Shown piece after piece: positions 1 through 8,171 of a stretch of 64,000 nt of DNA (position 1 is its first letter; each line of letters starts with the position of its first letter). The notes under the pieces were generated by a model. That model had not been told where the DNA came from. It ran no database searches and saw nothing but the letters and a program-made list of their open reading frames with translations. Source of the DNA: Candidatus Limnocylindrales bacterium (lineage in GTDB: Bacteria; Chloroflexota; Limnocylindria; Limnocylindrales; CSP1-4); assembly GCA_038214255.1 (NCBI GenBank), contig JBBQRZ010000009.1:25129-89128 (forward strand), written 5' to 3'. The position numbers and the translations under genes are program-made.

Positions 1-1264
1 GGTGGATCCGCCGAGCTTGCGCTCTCAGCTCATCGCGGAAGTCGGGATGCGCGATGGACGTAAGCGCCTCCGCCCGCTCGCCAAGGCTCTTGCCGAATAG
101 GTCGGCGACGCCCCACTCGGTAACGACGGTTCGGACGTGGGCGCGAGTCGTGACGATCCCGGCGCCTTCCTTCAAGGAGGGCGTGATCCTCGACAGCGTC
201 CCGCCTGCGGCGGTCGACGGAAGCGCGATGATCGCCCGGCCTTCAGGAGCAAGGGCGGCACCCCGGACAAAGTCCATCTGCCCACCGACGCCCGAGTAGA
301 GGCGGTGGCCGATCGAGTCGGCGACGACCTGGCCCGTCAGGTCGACCTCGATCGCGGAGTTGATCGCGACCATGCGGCTGAACGAACGGATGACGTGGCT
401 GTCGTTCGTGAAATCGACCGGGCGCATCTCGACCATCGGGTTGTCGTTGACGAAGTCGTACAGTTGCCGCGATCCCATGACGAAGGCCGTGACGATCTTG
501 CCCCGGTTGCGCTCCTTGCGGGCACCAGTGATGACGCCCGCCTCGACGAGGTCGACGACCGGGTCGGTGAACATCTCCGTGTGGATCCCGAGGTCGTGTT
601 TGTCGCGAAGGGCGATCGCCGTCGCCGCGGGGATCGCCCCGATCCCGAGCTGGAGGGTCGCGCCGTCGGGCACGAGCTCCGCGACGAATTCGCCGATCTT
701 CCGCTCGATGTCGCCGATCTCACCCACGGCGTGCTCGTACGGCGGGACATCGACCTCGACGGCCAGATCGATATCGCTGACGTGGACGAAGCTGTCACCC
801 AGCGTTCGCGGCACCGATGGGTTGAACTGCACGATGACGGTCCTGGCCGCGCGAATCGCGGCGTGCATCGCCTCCACGCTCGTCCCGAGCGAGCAGAAGC
901 CATGGCGATCGGGCGGGGTCGCGTTGACGAGGACGGCGTCGAGCGGGAGTGCCCCCGACTCGAAGAGGCGTGGCACGTCGGACAGGAAGACCGGGACGTA
1001 GTCGGCACGCCCCTCGTTGACGGCGGCCCGCGCGTTCGGGCCGATGAACAGTGCCCGGTGGCGGAAGTGCCCGGCCATCTCAGGTGCGAGGTGCGGCCCC
1101 GGCCCCTCGATGTGGAGATGGACCACGCCCAAGTTCTCGAGTTGCGGTGCACGCGCAACGAGAGCGTCGAGCAGCACCGAAGGAGCGGCGGCGGCACAGT
1201 GGACATAGACCTGGTCGCCCGAGTGGATGCCGGCGACGGCTTCCTCCGGCGTGACGATCTGCAT
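1..1264 (-). CDS. Acetyl-CoA hydrolase/transferase family protein (4-hydroxybutyrate / succinyl-CoA:acetate CoA-transferase-like); 3' end lies outside the window
   Basis: Absent from the ORF track because it runs off the left edge. Reverse-strand translation from ATG (complement of 1262-1264) reads MQIVTPEEAVAGIHSGDQVYVHCAAAAP...LQLGIGAIPAA...HTEMFTD...INSAIEVDLTGQVVADS...YSGVGGQMDFVRGA, the conserved blocks of this family. The + strand ORFs listed here (137..1465 etc.) are Arg/Asp-rich shadows. Confidence 0.85.
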   Translation of the reverse strand, partial: MQIVTPEEAVAGIHSGDQVYVHCAAAAPSVLLDALVARAPQLENLGVVHLHIEGPGPHLAPEMAGHFRHRALFIGPNARAAVNEGRADYVPVFLSDVPRLFESGALPLDAVLVNATPPDRHGFCSLGTSVEAMHAAIRAARTVIVQFNPSVPRTLGDSFVHVSDIDLAVEVDVPPYEHAVGEIGDIERKIGEFVAELVPDGATLQLGIGAIPAATAIALRDKHDLGIHTEMFTDPVVDLVEAGVITGARKERNRGKIVTAFVMGSRQLYDFVNDNPMVEMRPVDFTNDSHVIRSFSRMVAINSAIEVDLTGQVVADSIGHRLYSGVGGQMDFVRGAALAPEGRAIIALPSTAAGGTLSRITPSLKEGAGIVTTRAHVRTVVTEWGVADLFGKSLGERAEALTSIAHPDFRDELRAQARRIH

Positions 1265-1364
1265 GGGCGGAGTCTAGGTGGGCCGCTCGCCCCGATCCGC
1301 GCCCCGCTGCGCTGGGTCCCAACGGTTGGTGGGAAACGATTGCAAGGGAACGCTGGCGCGACCT

Positions 1365-2456
1365 TCAGGCCGCGTTGGGCCGAGCTCGACCGATGTCGAT
1401 GGTCACGAGGACGATGCCGGCCGCCGGTGCCGACAGGCGGGCCGGGCAGCCGCTCGAGGCGATGAGCGCCAGGATCGCGCCGTTCGTCGCGAGCGTCGAC
1501 GCCACGAGGCGGTCGAACCCGTGATCACTCGCCCACGTCACCGCAGCGATCAAGAGCGCCCGTCCGACCCCCTGCCGCTGCCAATCGTCGGCGACGGCCA
1601 CCGCCATCTCGAGGCCGGGCTCCCCGGGTTCGAGGCAGAGGTGCCCGACGATGTGCGCACGGGTCCGGTCGGCGTGCAGGGACTCGGCGGTGAGCCCCTC
1701 GCCGTGCTCGTGATCCGGCCCGCACAGGAGCACCGCGGCGGTTTTTCCGATACCACGGCTCACCGCGTGGAAGCGGGCGAACCGGCTCTCCGGCGTCAGG
1801 CCTGCGTAGAACGCGGCCAGGTCGTCGCGGTCGCCGGCCCGGATCGGCCGGATCCGGACGCGCCCGGGCCAGGACCGGGAGGACCGAGCGGCCGACCCCC
1901 CGGCCACCGTCGTGACCGAGTCGGCGCCGGGTGGCGCGAACGGCCAGACATCGTCGAGCCGCTGGTCCGGTCGGACGAAAATGACCGGCCGTGGCGCATG
2001 ATCGAGGACGTAACGGGAGACGCTGCCGAGGAGGAGCCTCCCGACGGGACCGCGGGCGTGGCTCCCGACCACGATCAGGTCCGCACCCTCCGCCTTGGCG
2101 GCCTCGATGACCGACACACCCGGGTCACCCTCCCAGATCAGGAACTGTGCCGTAACGCCGTCCCGTCGCGCCGTCTGGACGATCTTCCCGAGGGCAGTCT
2201 CGCGCTGGGATCGAACCTGGTCGACACGCGTGTGAAACGGACCGCCCGGAGAGCGCAGCCTGGACGGATCGATCACGCTCAGGTAGATGAGACTGGCGCC
2301 GCCCTGATTCGCGAGGTCAGCTCCGGCGCGCTCCGCCCCGCCGGACGTCGGGCCGGTGTCCGTCGCGACCAGGATCCGATGCGGGATCGGCGAGAGGCCA
2401 TCCTCCGTGAGCGTGCCGGGGTCCCGTGACAAGACGTCCATGTCGAGAGCATCCAT
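1365..2456 (-). CDS. Universal stress protein (UspA) domain fused to a Pat-type GNAT (protein lysine) acetyltransferase domain
   Basis: 363-aa ORF. The N-terminal half has USP blocks (ILVATDTGP; GADLIVVGSHARGPVGRLLLGSVSRYVLDHAPRPVIFV). The C-terminal half starts RIRPIRAGDRDDLAAFYAGLTPESRFARF and has the GNAT A-motif VADDWQRQGVGRALL, as in Pat/AcuA-like acetyltransferases. GAGGTGG lies 7 nt upstream of the ATG. Confidence 0.85.
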   Translation of the reverse strand: MDALDMDVLSRDPGTLTEDGLSPIPHRILVATDTGPTSGGAERAGADLANQGGASLIYLSVIDPSRLRSPGGPFHTRVDQVRSQRETALGKIVQTARRDGVTAQFLIWEGDPGVSVIEAAKAEGADLIVVGSHARGPVGRLLLGSVSRYVLDHAPRPVIFVRPDQRLDDVWPFAPPGADSVTTVAGGSAARSSRSWPGRVRIRPIRAGDRDDLAAFYAGLTPESRFARFHAVSRGIGKTAAVLLCGPDHEHGEGLTAESLHADRTRAHIVGHLCLEPGEPGLEMAVAVADDWQRQGVGRALLIAAVTWASDHGFDRLVASTLATNGAILALIASSGCPARLSAPAAGIVLVTIDIGRARPNAA

Positions 2457-2545
2457 CGGAAGCCACCTCAGGGCTAGATGCCGGTCGGCCCGTTGCGAGG
2501 GGCCGGACGTCCCGAGGCGAGGCCAACTTTGCTAGGCTCGGCCCC

Positions 2546-3730
2546 ATGGCCGCGCGCCGCCCATCGGAGCCCTTCGCCGACGAGTCGCTGGACGCGGCCG
2601 CGCTCCACGCGCTCGACGAGGCGTCGCGGGCGATCGCCGGACTCCTCGACATCGAGGAAGCACTCCAGCTCATCGTTGAGCGGGTCAGAACGCTGGTCGG
2701 GGCGCGCTACGCGGCGCTGGGAATCGTCGATGCGGATGACCAGATCCAGCGCTTCATCACGAGCGGCATGTCGGGCCATCAACGTGAAGCGATCGGACCG
2801 TTGCCGCGTGGCCGGGGGCTGCTCGGTCTGATCATCCACGAGCAGCGCTCCTACCGGATCCCGGACATCGCCGGCCATCCCGACAGCTCTGGCTTCCCGG
2901 CGGATCATCCGCCGATGACCTCGTTCCTCGGCGTTCCGGTGACATCGCGCGGCCGTTCCGTCGGCAACTTCTACCTCACCGACAAGGCCGGTGCCGCCGA
3001 GTTCACCACGGCAGACCAGCGGCTCGTCGAGCTCTTTGCGCGACATGCCGGCATCGCGATCGAGAATGCCCGGCTGCACGAGCAGGTCGCCGACTTCGCG
3101 ATCGTCCAGGAGCGCGACCGGATCGGTCGCGATCTTCATGATGGGATCATCCAGTCGCTCTACGCGGTGTCGCTCTCGCTCGAGGACGTGCCGGAGATGA
3201 TGGTCTCGTCCCAGGACGAGGCTGAGGCCCGCGTCGACGCGGCGATCGACTCGCTCCAGGCCGCGATCCGCGAGCTGCGCAACTTCATCTATGGCCTCCG
3301 GCCCGAGACCTTCGACGGCGCCGACGTTCCCGCGGGCATCGCCGCCCTCGGGGAACAGTTCCGCTTCAACACGCTCGTCGACGTCGAGCTCGAGATCGAC
3401 GCCCAAGCCGGCCATAACCTCTCGCGCGAGCAGGGCGCCGAGCTCCTCCAGCTGGTCCGGGAGTCGCTGAGCAACGCGGCACGCCATGCCCGAGCCCACC
3501 ACGTCGTCGTCAGCCTCCATCGCCGGGACGGTCGCGCGGAGCTCGTCGTAGCCGATGACGGCGTCGGCTTCGATCCCGCGGCGCCGGTCGCCGCCGGCCA
3601 CAACGGCCTTGGCAACATGCGCGCTCGGGCGGAGGCGATCGGAGCGACGATCACGTTCGAGAGCGCCATCGGCGATGGGACCCGTATCATCGTCGTGCTT
3701 CCAGCCGGTCCGAGCGCTGACGTGATGTGA
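2546..3730 (+). CDS. GAF-domain sensor histidine kinase (HisKA_3 class, DosS/DevS-like)
   Basis: GAF block (ALGIVDADDQIQRFITSG...FLGVPV...VGNFYL), H-box ERDRIGRDLHDGIIQSLY, and ATPase boxes (ESLSNAARHA, DDGVGF, GLGNMRARA). ATG 2546 is preferred over the ORF-track start 2426, which would overlap the divergent gene. Confidence 0.85.
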   Translation: MAARRPSEPFADESLDAAALHALDEASRAIAGLLDIEEALQLIVERVRTLVGARYAALGIVDADDQIQRFITSGMSGHQREAIGPLPRGRGLLGLIIHEQRSYRIPDIAGHPDSSGFPADHPPMTSFLGVPVTSRGRSVGNFYLTDKAGAAEFTTADQRLVELFARHAGIAIENARLHEQVADFAIVQERDRIGRDLHDGIIQSLYAVSLSLEDVPEMMVSSQDEAEARVDAAIDSLQAAIRELRNFIYGLRPETFDGADVPAGIAALGEQFRFNTLVDVELEIDAQAGHNLSREQGAELLQLVRESLSNAARHARAHHVVVSLHRRDGRAELVVADDGVGFDPAAPVAAGHNGLGNMRARAEAIGATITFESAIGDGTRIIVVLPAGPSADVM

Positions 3731-4407
3731 CGATGGCCGAAACCAAACCCGCCAGACCCCTCCGCCTGCTCGTGGTGGACGACCACGAAGTCGTCCGGAA
3801 AGGGCTCGTGGCCCTGCTCGACCGCCGGCCCGGCTTCCAGGTCGTCGCCCAGGCCGGGTCCGTCGAAGCGTCGATCGCGCAGGCACGGCTGCACCGTCCC
3901 GACATCGTCGTGATGGACGTCCGGCTACCGGACGGGTCCGGAGTCGAGGCGTGTCGCGAGATCCGCGCCGAGCTGCCGGAGACGCGCGTGATCATGCTCA
4001 CCTCGTTCCCGGATGACGAGGCCGTCCTCTCAGCGATCGTCGCGGGTGCCGCCGGCTACCTCCTCAAGCAGATCCGTGCGCGAGACCTCGTCTCGGCACT
4101 CGAGGCCGTCGGACGCGGGGAGTCCCTCCTCGACCCGGCGGTAACCGAGCGCGTGCTCGAGCGCGTCCGGCGCATCGCCACCGGGCAGATCGACGACGAG
4201 CTGTCGGCCCTGACCCCACAGGAACGGAAGATCCTGATGCTCGTCGCCGAGGGGAAGACGAACAAGGAGATCGCGGCCGATGTCTTCCTCTCTGACAAGA
4301 CCGTCAAGAACTACGTCAGCTCGATCCTGTCGAAGCTGAACCTCGAGCGGCGCGCCCAGGCGGCCGCGTTCGTCGCGAAGCAACGGAGCGGCCGAGGCGG
4401 AACGTAG
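3727..4407 (+). CDS. NarL/LuxR-family response regulator (DosR/DevR-like)
   Basis: REC domain (LLVVDDHEVV; DIVVMDVRLPDGSG) plus a LuxR-type HTH (LTPQERKILMLVAEGKTNKEIA...TVKNYVSSILSKL). The start overlaps the kinase stop (GTGA); an alternative ATG is at 3733. Confidence 0.9.
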   Translation: MTMAETKPARPLRLLVVDDHEVVRKGLVALLDRRPGFQVVAQAGSVEASIAQARLHRPDIVVMDVRLPDGSGVEACREIRAELPETRVIMLTSFPDDEAVLSAIVAGAAGYLLKQIRARDLVSALEAVGRGESLLDPAVTERVLERVRRIATGQIDDELSALTPQERKILMLVAEGKTNKEIAADVFLSDKTVKNYVSSILSKLNLERRAQAAAFVAKQRSGRGGT

Positions 4408-4409
4408 CC

Positions 4410-5615
4410 ATGGTCCGCATCCTCGTGTACACCGGCAAGGGCGGCGTCGGCAAGACGAGCATCGCCGCCGCCAGCGCGATCCTGTGCGCCGCCCGTGGCG
4501 CCCGTACGATCGTGCTGTCCACGGACATCGCCCACAGCCTGGCGGATGCGCTGGACGTCGAGCTCGGGCCGGAGCCGTCGGAGATCGCGCCGAACCTGTG
4601 GGCTCAGGAACCCGACGTCTACTACAACATCGGCCGCTACTGGCGGACGATCCAGAACTACGTCGCGGATCTGTTCGCGTGGCACGGACTCGACGAGGTC
4701 CTCGCCGAGGAGATGAGCGTCCTGCCCGGGATGGACGAGCTCGGCAACCTGCTCTGGATCGCGGATCATGTGGACCAGGGCAAGTTCGACGTCATCGTCG
4801 TCGATGCCGCGCCGACCGGCGAGACCCTCCGTCTCCTCTCGCTTCCCGAGGCGAGCCGCTGGTGGATCGAGCGCATCGCGCCGATCGGCAAGCGGGTCTC
4901 GCGAATGGGCGGCCCGGTCCTCCAGCGGATGCTCGGCGTGCCCTTGCCGCGGGAGGAAGTCTTCAAGGCCGCCGAACGGCTCCTCGGCCGCCTCGACCGG
5001 CTGCACAAGCTGCTGGCCGACCCGGAGCAGTCGACGGTCCGGGTCGTCCTCACGCTCGAGAAGATGTCGATCGCCGAAGCCCAGCGTTCGTTCACGTATT
5101 TCCACCTGTTCGGGTACCCGAGCGATCTCGTCGTCGTGAACCGCGTCCTGCCAAAGGACGCCGGCGGCTATTTCGCGGGCCTGCGCGACATCCAGAAGCG
5201 CTACCTCCCGCTCGTCGAGCAACAGTTCGGACCGGTGCCGGTGCGGACCGTCCGGATGTTCGACCAGGAGATGGTCGGCATCGAGCGGCTGCGAGAGGTG
5301 GGCCACGCTCTCTTCGGCAACGGCGACCCCGCGGAGATCCTCTACCGCGGCCGTCCCTATGAGGTGCTTCGAGAGAACGGTGGGTACGTCCTGAAGCTCG
5401 AATTGCCGTTCGCGTCCAAGGACGAGGTCCGGCTGTCCCGCACCGGCGACGAGCTCGTGCTCCACGTCGGCGCGTGGCGACGCAGCTTGGTCCTACCGCG
5501 GATGCTGCTTGACGCGCCCACGCGTGGGGCGAAGATGGAGGGCCAGACGTTGCGCATCCGGTTCGAGGCACCGGCCCACGCTGCGACACGCGCGGCACAC
5601 GGAGGACGACGATGA
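4410..5615 (+). CDS. ArsA/GET3-family ATPase with a C-terminal HSP20 (alpha-crystallin)-like domain
   Basis: Deviant Walker A at the N-terminus (VYTGKGGVGKTSIAAA), STDIAHSL and VVDAAPTGETLRLL blocks. The C-terminal ~90 aa (GGYVLKLELPFASKDEVRLSRTGDELVLHVGAWRRSLVLP...LRIRFE) resemble the ArsA_HSP20 module. Confidence 0.85.
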   Translation: MVRILVYTGKGGVGKTSIAAASAILCAARGARTIVLSTDIAHSLADALDVELGPEPSEIAPNLWAQEPDVYYNIGRYWRTIQNYVADLFAWHGLDEVLAEEMSVLPGMDELGNLLWIADHVDQGKFDVIVVDAAPTGETLRLLSLPEASRWWIERIAPIGKRVSRMGGPVLQRMLGVPLPREEVFKAAERLLGRLDRLHKLLADPEQSTVRVVLTLEKMSIAEAQRSFTYFHLFGYPSDLVVVNRVLPKDAGGYFAGLRDIQKRYLPLVEQQFGPVPVRTVRMFDQEMVGIERLREVGHALFGNGDPAEILYRGRPYEVLRENGGYVLKLELPFASKDEVRLSRTGDELVLHVGAWRRSLVLPRMLLDAPTRGAKMEGQTLRIRFEAPAHAATRAAHGGRR

Positions 5616-5944
5616 CCGAAGCACGACGCACCGCGACCCGCATCGAGGACACGTCCGCGCCCGCGACTCGCGCGCGCCGAAGCCCGGGCACCGAGGGGGG
5701 CGATCGACTGGCCGAGCTCGAGACGCGGCTCGCCAAGCTCGAGAAGACCCGCAGGCTGCGCGAGCGTGGTCGCGGGCTCATGGCGCGGGTCGTGCCCGAC
5801 GAGGCGTCCGCCCACTTTCGCAACGCGGGCCGCGAGAACCTCCTCGCCGTTCGTTCGATCGTCGACTTCTGGATCGAACGGATCGATGATTCGGAGGGCC
5901 GCTCGAGTCGTCGCACGCGCCGCGAATCGATCGAGATCGACTAG
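5612..5944 (+). CDS. Hypothetical 110-aa protein translationally coupled to the ArsA-like gene
   Basis: ATGA start/stop overlap with the ArsA-like gene. Charged coiled-coil-like N-terminus (LAELETRLAKLEKTRRLRERG), then VPDEASAHFRNAGRENLLAVRSIVDFWIERI. I recognise no family. Confidence 0.55.
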   Translation: MTEARRTATRIEDTSAPATRARRSPGTEGGDRLAELETRLAKLEKTRRLRERGRGLMARVVPDEASAHFRNAGRENLLAVRSIVDFWIERIDDSEGRSSRRTRRESIEID

Positions 5945-6013
5945 GAGGCGGTCGTCTCGGACGCCAACGGCCGGCTCAAGGCCGTGCACGGTCGGCTCGG
6001 TACGATCTGACCC

Positions 6014-7084
6014 ATGGACGCCGTCGCCTTCGCCCTCGGGCTGCTCCTGTTGGCGCTCGCCCTCTGGGATCTGTTCGAGACCGTCGTCGTTCCGCGCCCC
6101 ACCCCGGGCTGGTTTCGGATCGGCCGGTACCTGGTTCGCTCGGCGTGGCGCGGCCTCCGTACCCTGCGCAACGGCCGGCCGGGTCGGTCATACGACAGGA
6201 TCCTGGGGCTCTTCGCACCGGCGGCCACTGTCGCCCTCCTCGCCGCGTGGCTCGCCACCTTGATCGTCGGATACGGCCTGATCCTGTACGCCCTGCGCGA
6301 CGAGCTGCAGCCCGTCCCGGACGATCTCGGCAGCGCCCTGTACTTTGCCGCCAGCTCCGTTCTGACCCTGGGATACGGCGATATCGTCGCGGTCGGCATG
6401 CCGGCTCGCGTCATCGTCATCACGGCTGCCGTCAGCGGCCTTGGCACCGTCGCCCTGGTGGTGACCTTCCTGTTCTCGTTGTACGGCTCGTACCAGCGCC
6501 GGGAGATCCAGGTCGTTTCGCTGCAGGCCGCGGCCGGGGCCCCGCCATCGGCGGTCGCGCTCCTCGAGACCTACGCCCAGCTCCACCTCGTCGAGCGGCT
6601 TCCAGACCTGTTCATGGACTGGCAGCGCTGGGCGGTGGAAGTGCTCGACTCCCACGTCGCCTATCCGCTCCTCGGATTCTTTCGCTCGAGCCATGACAAC
6701 CTGTCGTGGATCAGCGCCCTGGGGACGGTGCTCGATGCCAGCAGCCTCGTCCTGACGACGATCGCCGGTGTCCAGCGCGGGGAGGCCAAGCTGTTCAAGC
6801 GGGTCGGGACGCACCTGGTCGAGGACATCTCCAACCTCGGCTTTGGCACGGGCGGGCCCACGACGCTGGATCGCTCGGCGTTCGATGCCGCCTGCGACCG
6901 ACTCGAGGCCGCCGGTTACGTCCTCGAACCACGCGACATCGCGTGGCCGGCATTCGAGGCCGGTCGCGCGACATACGCGCCGCGTCTGGAGGCGATGGCC
7001 AGCTATTGGGCAACGCCGGCCACGCAGTGGCTCGGCGACCAGGTCGCCCTCAAGCTGCCGCTCCACCAGCGCGACGACCCCTGA
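6014..7084 (+). CDS. Two-TM potassium channel family protein with a large C-terminal cytoplasmic domain
   Basis: Canonical K+ selectivity filter TLGYGD (SSVLTLGYGDIVAV) flanked by hydrophobic helices. The ~220-aa C-terminal domain is of unknown type. Confidence 0.85.
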   Translation: MDAVAFALGLLLLALALWDLFETVVVPRPTPGWFRIGRYLVRSAWRGLRTLRNGRPGRSYDRILGLFAPAATVALLAAWLATLIVGYGLILYALRDELQPVPDDLGSALYFAASSVLTLGYGDIVAVGMPARVIVITAAVSGLGTVALVVTFLFSLYGSYQRREIQVVSLQAAAGAPPSAVALLETYAQLHLVERLPDLFMDWQRWAVEVLDSHVAYPLLGFFRSSHDNLSWISALGTVLDASSLVLTTIAGVQRGEAKLFKRVGTHLVEDISNLGFGTGGPTTLDRSAFDAACDRLEAAGYVLEPRDIAWPAFEAGRATYAPRLEAMASYWATPATQWLGDQVALKLPLHQRDDP

Positions 7085-7123
7085 CCCGGCACCCCGACGC
7101 CCTTCGGGCCGATGGCTCCCGCG

Positions 7124-8137
7124 CTACCTGAGCGTGCTGGCCAGCAGGATGCCGTTCGCCCAGTAGGTCCCGGTCGGGCCCGATGGGAGCAGGTCGAAGG
7201 TCGCGCTGCCCACGTACGACTCCAGCGTCGCCGACACGACGATGGCCCCATCGACCGGATCGCCGGGCCGCAGGTCCCCGAGCCGCCGGCCGTCGGGAAG
7301 CCGATGGCCGGGCGAGACGTCGAGCGTCCGCCCGTCCGACAGGTCGAGATGGACGACCTGATGGGTCGCCGGAACCGGGGTCGAGCCGACCGCAACGACC
7401 GTGCCGATGACGCGATGGCCCAGGCCGTCGCTCGTCCAGACGGCCATGCCGGGCCGAAGGGTCTCCACCGAACGATCGCCGTCAGGCGTTGCAATGCGCG
7501 TCCCGCGGGCGAGGCAGATCGGGCATGGGGGCTGCCCCGACGGATCGTGACGCACGACCGTGATCGCGGCCCCGGCGTCGATCGTGCCGACGACGTGCCA
7601 GCCGGTCTGGCCCGTGGCATCGGCCGCCGCGATGTAGTCAAACCCGAATGTTCCGCTGACGTCGGTCAGGATGATGGCGCGGAGCATCTTCCACTCGCGG
7701 TAGATCGCGAGCACCTGGTCGGGGTTCGGGGAGGCCGACGGGTCCATCCCGAGATGGGCCACGATCGCCGCGTGGGTCGGCGCATCGGCGCGGATCGCTG
7801 CCAGGTGTTCGTTGGCGAGGGCCGCTTCGTCGGCCCGGGCGACCGGGTAGAAGTCCGGATCGCAGAACAGGGGGCGCCCCAGCTGGTCGACGAGTCGGTA
7901 GCGCAGATCGGGCCGGTCGAGGGGGGCGACAGAGGGCGCCGGCGTCGGCTCGGCGCTGCGACCGGGCGACGTGTCCGGCTCGATCGTCATGCCCGGTCCG
8001 GTCGAGCCGGTCGCGGCCGTTGCTTCGATCACGGTCACGCTCGGGCTCGGCGCCCGGCCGGTACCCGATCCGGCGCACGCGGCGACGCCCGTCAGGAGCA
8101 TCACCGCGAGAAGCGCCGGTCGCAGGTCGTTCATCAT
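7124..8137 (-). CDS. Secreted lipoprotein with a C-terminal Hint (bacterial intein-like) domain
   Basis: The real start is MMNDLRPALLAVMLLTGVAACAGS (signal peptide plus lipobox LTGVAAC), inside ORF 7124..8599 whose upstream part is a shadow. The last ~130 aa begin CLARGTRIATPDGDRSVETLRPGMAVW and end TYWANGILLASTLR, a Hint/Hedgehog-intein fold pattern. Confidence 0.75.
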   Translation of the reverse strand: MMNDLRPALLAVMLLTGVAACAGSGTGRAPSPSVTVIEATAATGSTGPGMTIEPDTSPGRSAEPTPAPSVAPLDRPDLRYRLVDQLGRPLFCDPDFYPVARADEAALANEHLAAIRADAPTHAAIVAHLGMDPSASPNPDQVLAIYREWKMLRAIILTDVSGTFGFDYIAAADATGQTGWHVVGTIDAGAAITVVRHDPSGQPPCPICLARGTRIATPDGDRSVETLRPGMAVWTSDGLGHRVIGTVVAVGSTPVPATHQVVHLDLSDGRTLDVSPGHRLPDGRRLGDLRPGDPVDGAIVVSATLESYVGSATFDLLPSGPTGTYWANGILLASTLR

Positions 8138-8171
8138 GCGTGCGACGCCCGCCGCGCCATCGTGGTTCCCG

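Noticed and set aside
137-1465. Long ORFs in the track such as 137..1465, 4311..5465, 7112..8380, 9459..11108, 13769..15250, 20562..21620, 30106..31953, 42015..43181, 45478..47586 and 56983..58368
   Set aside because: They are antisense or off-frame to genes with clear family motifs. They are dominated by Arg/Pro/Gly/Asp/Ala and contain no recognisable domains. These are typical shadow ORFs of very GC-rich DNA.
2503-2514. DosR-box-like palindrome CCGGACGTCCCG in the divergent promoter between the USP-GNAT and kinase genes
   Set aside because: The mycobacterial DosR consensus has GGGAC and GTCCC half-sites separated by four bases. Here GGAC and GTCC are directly abutted, and short GC palindromes are common in this composition. 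It remains a weak candidate only.
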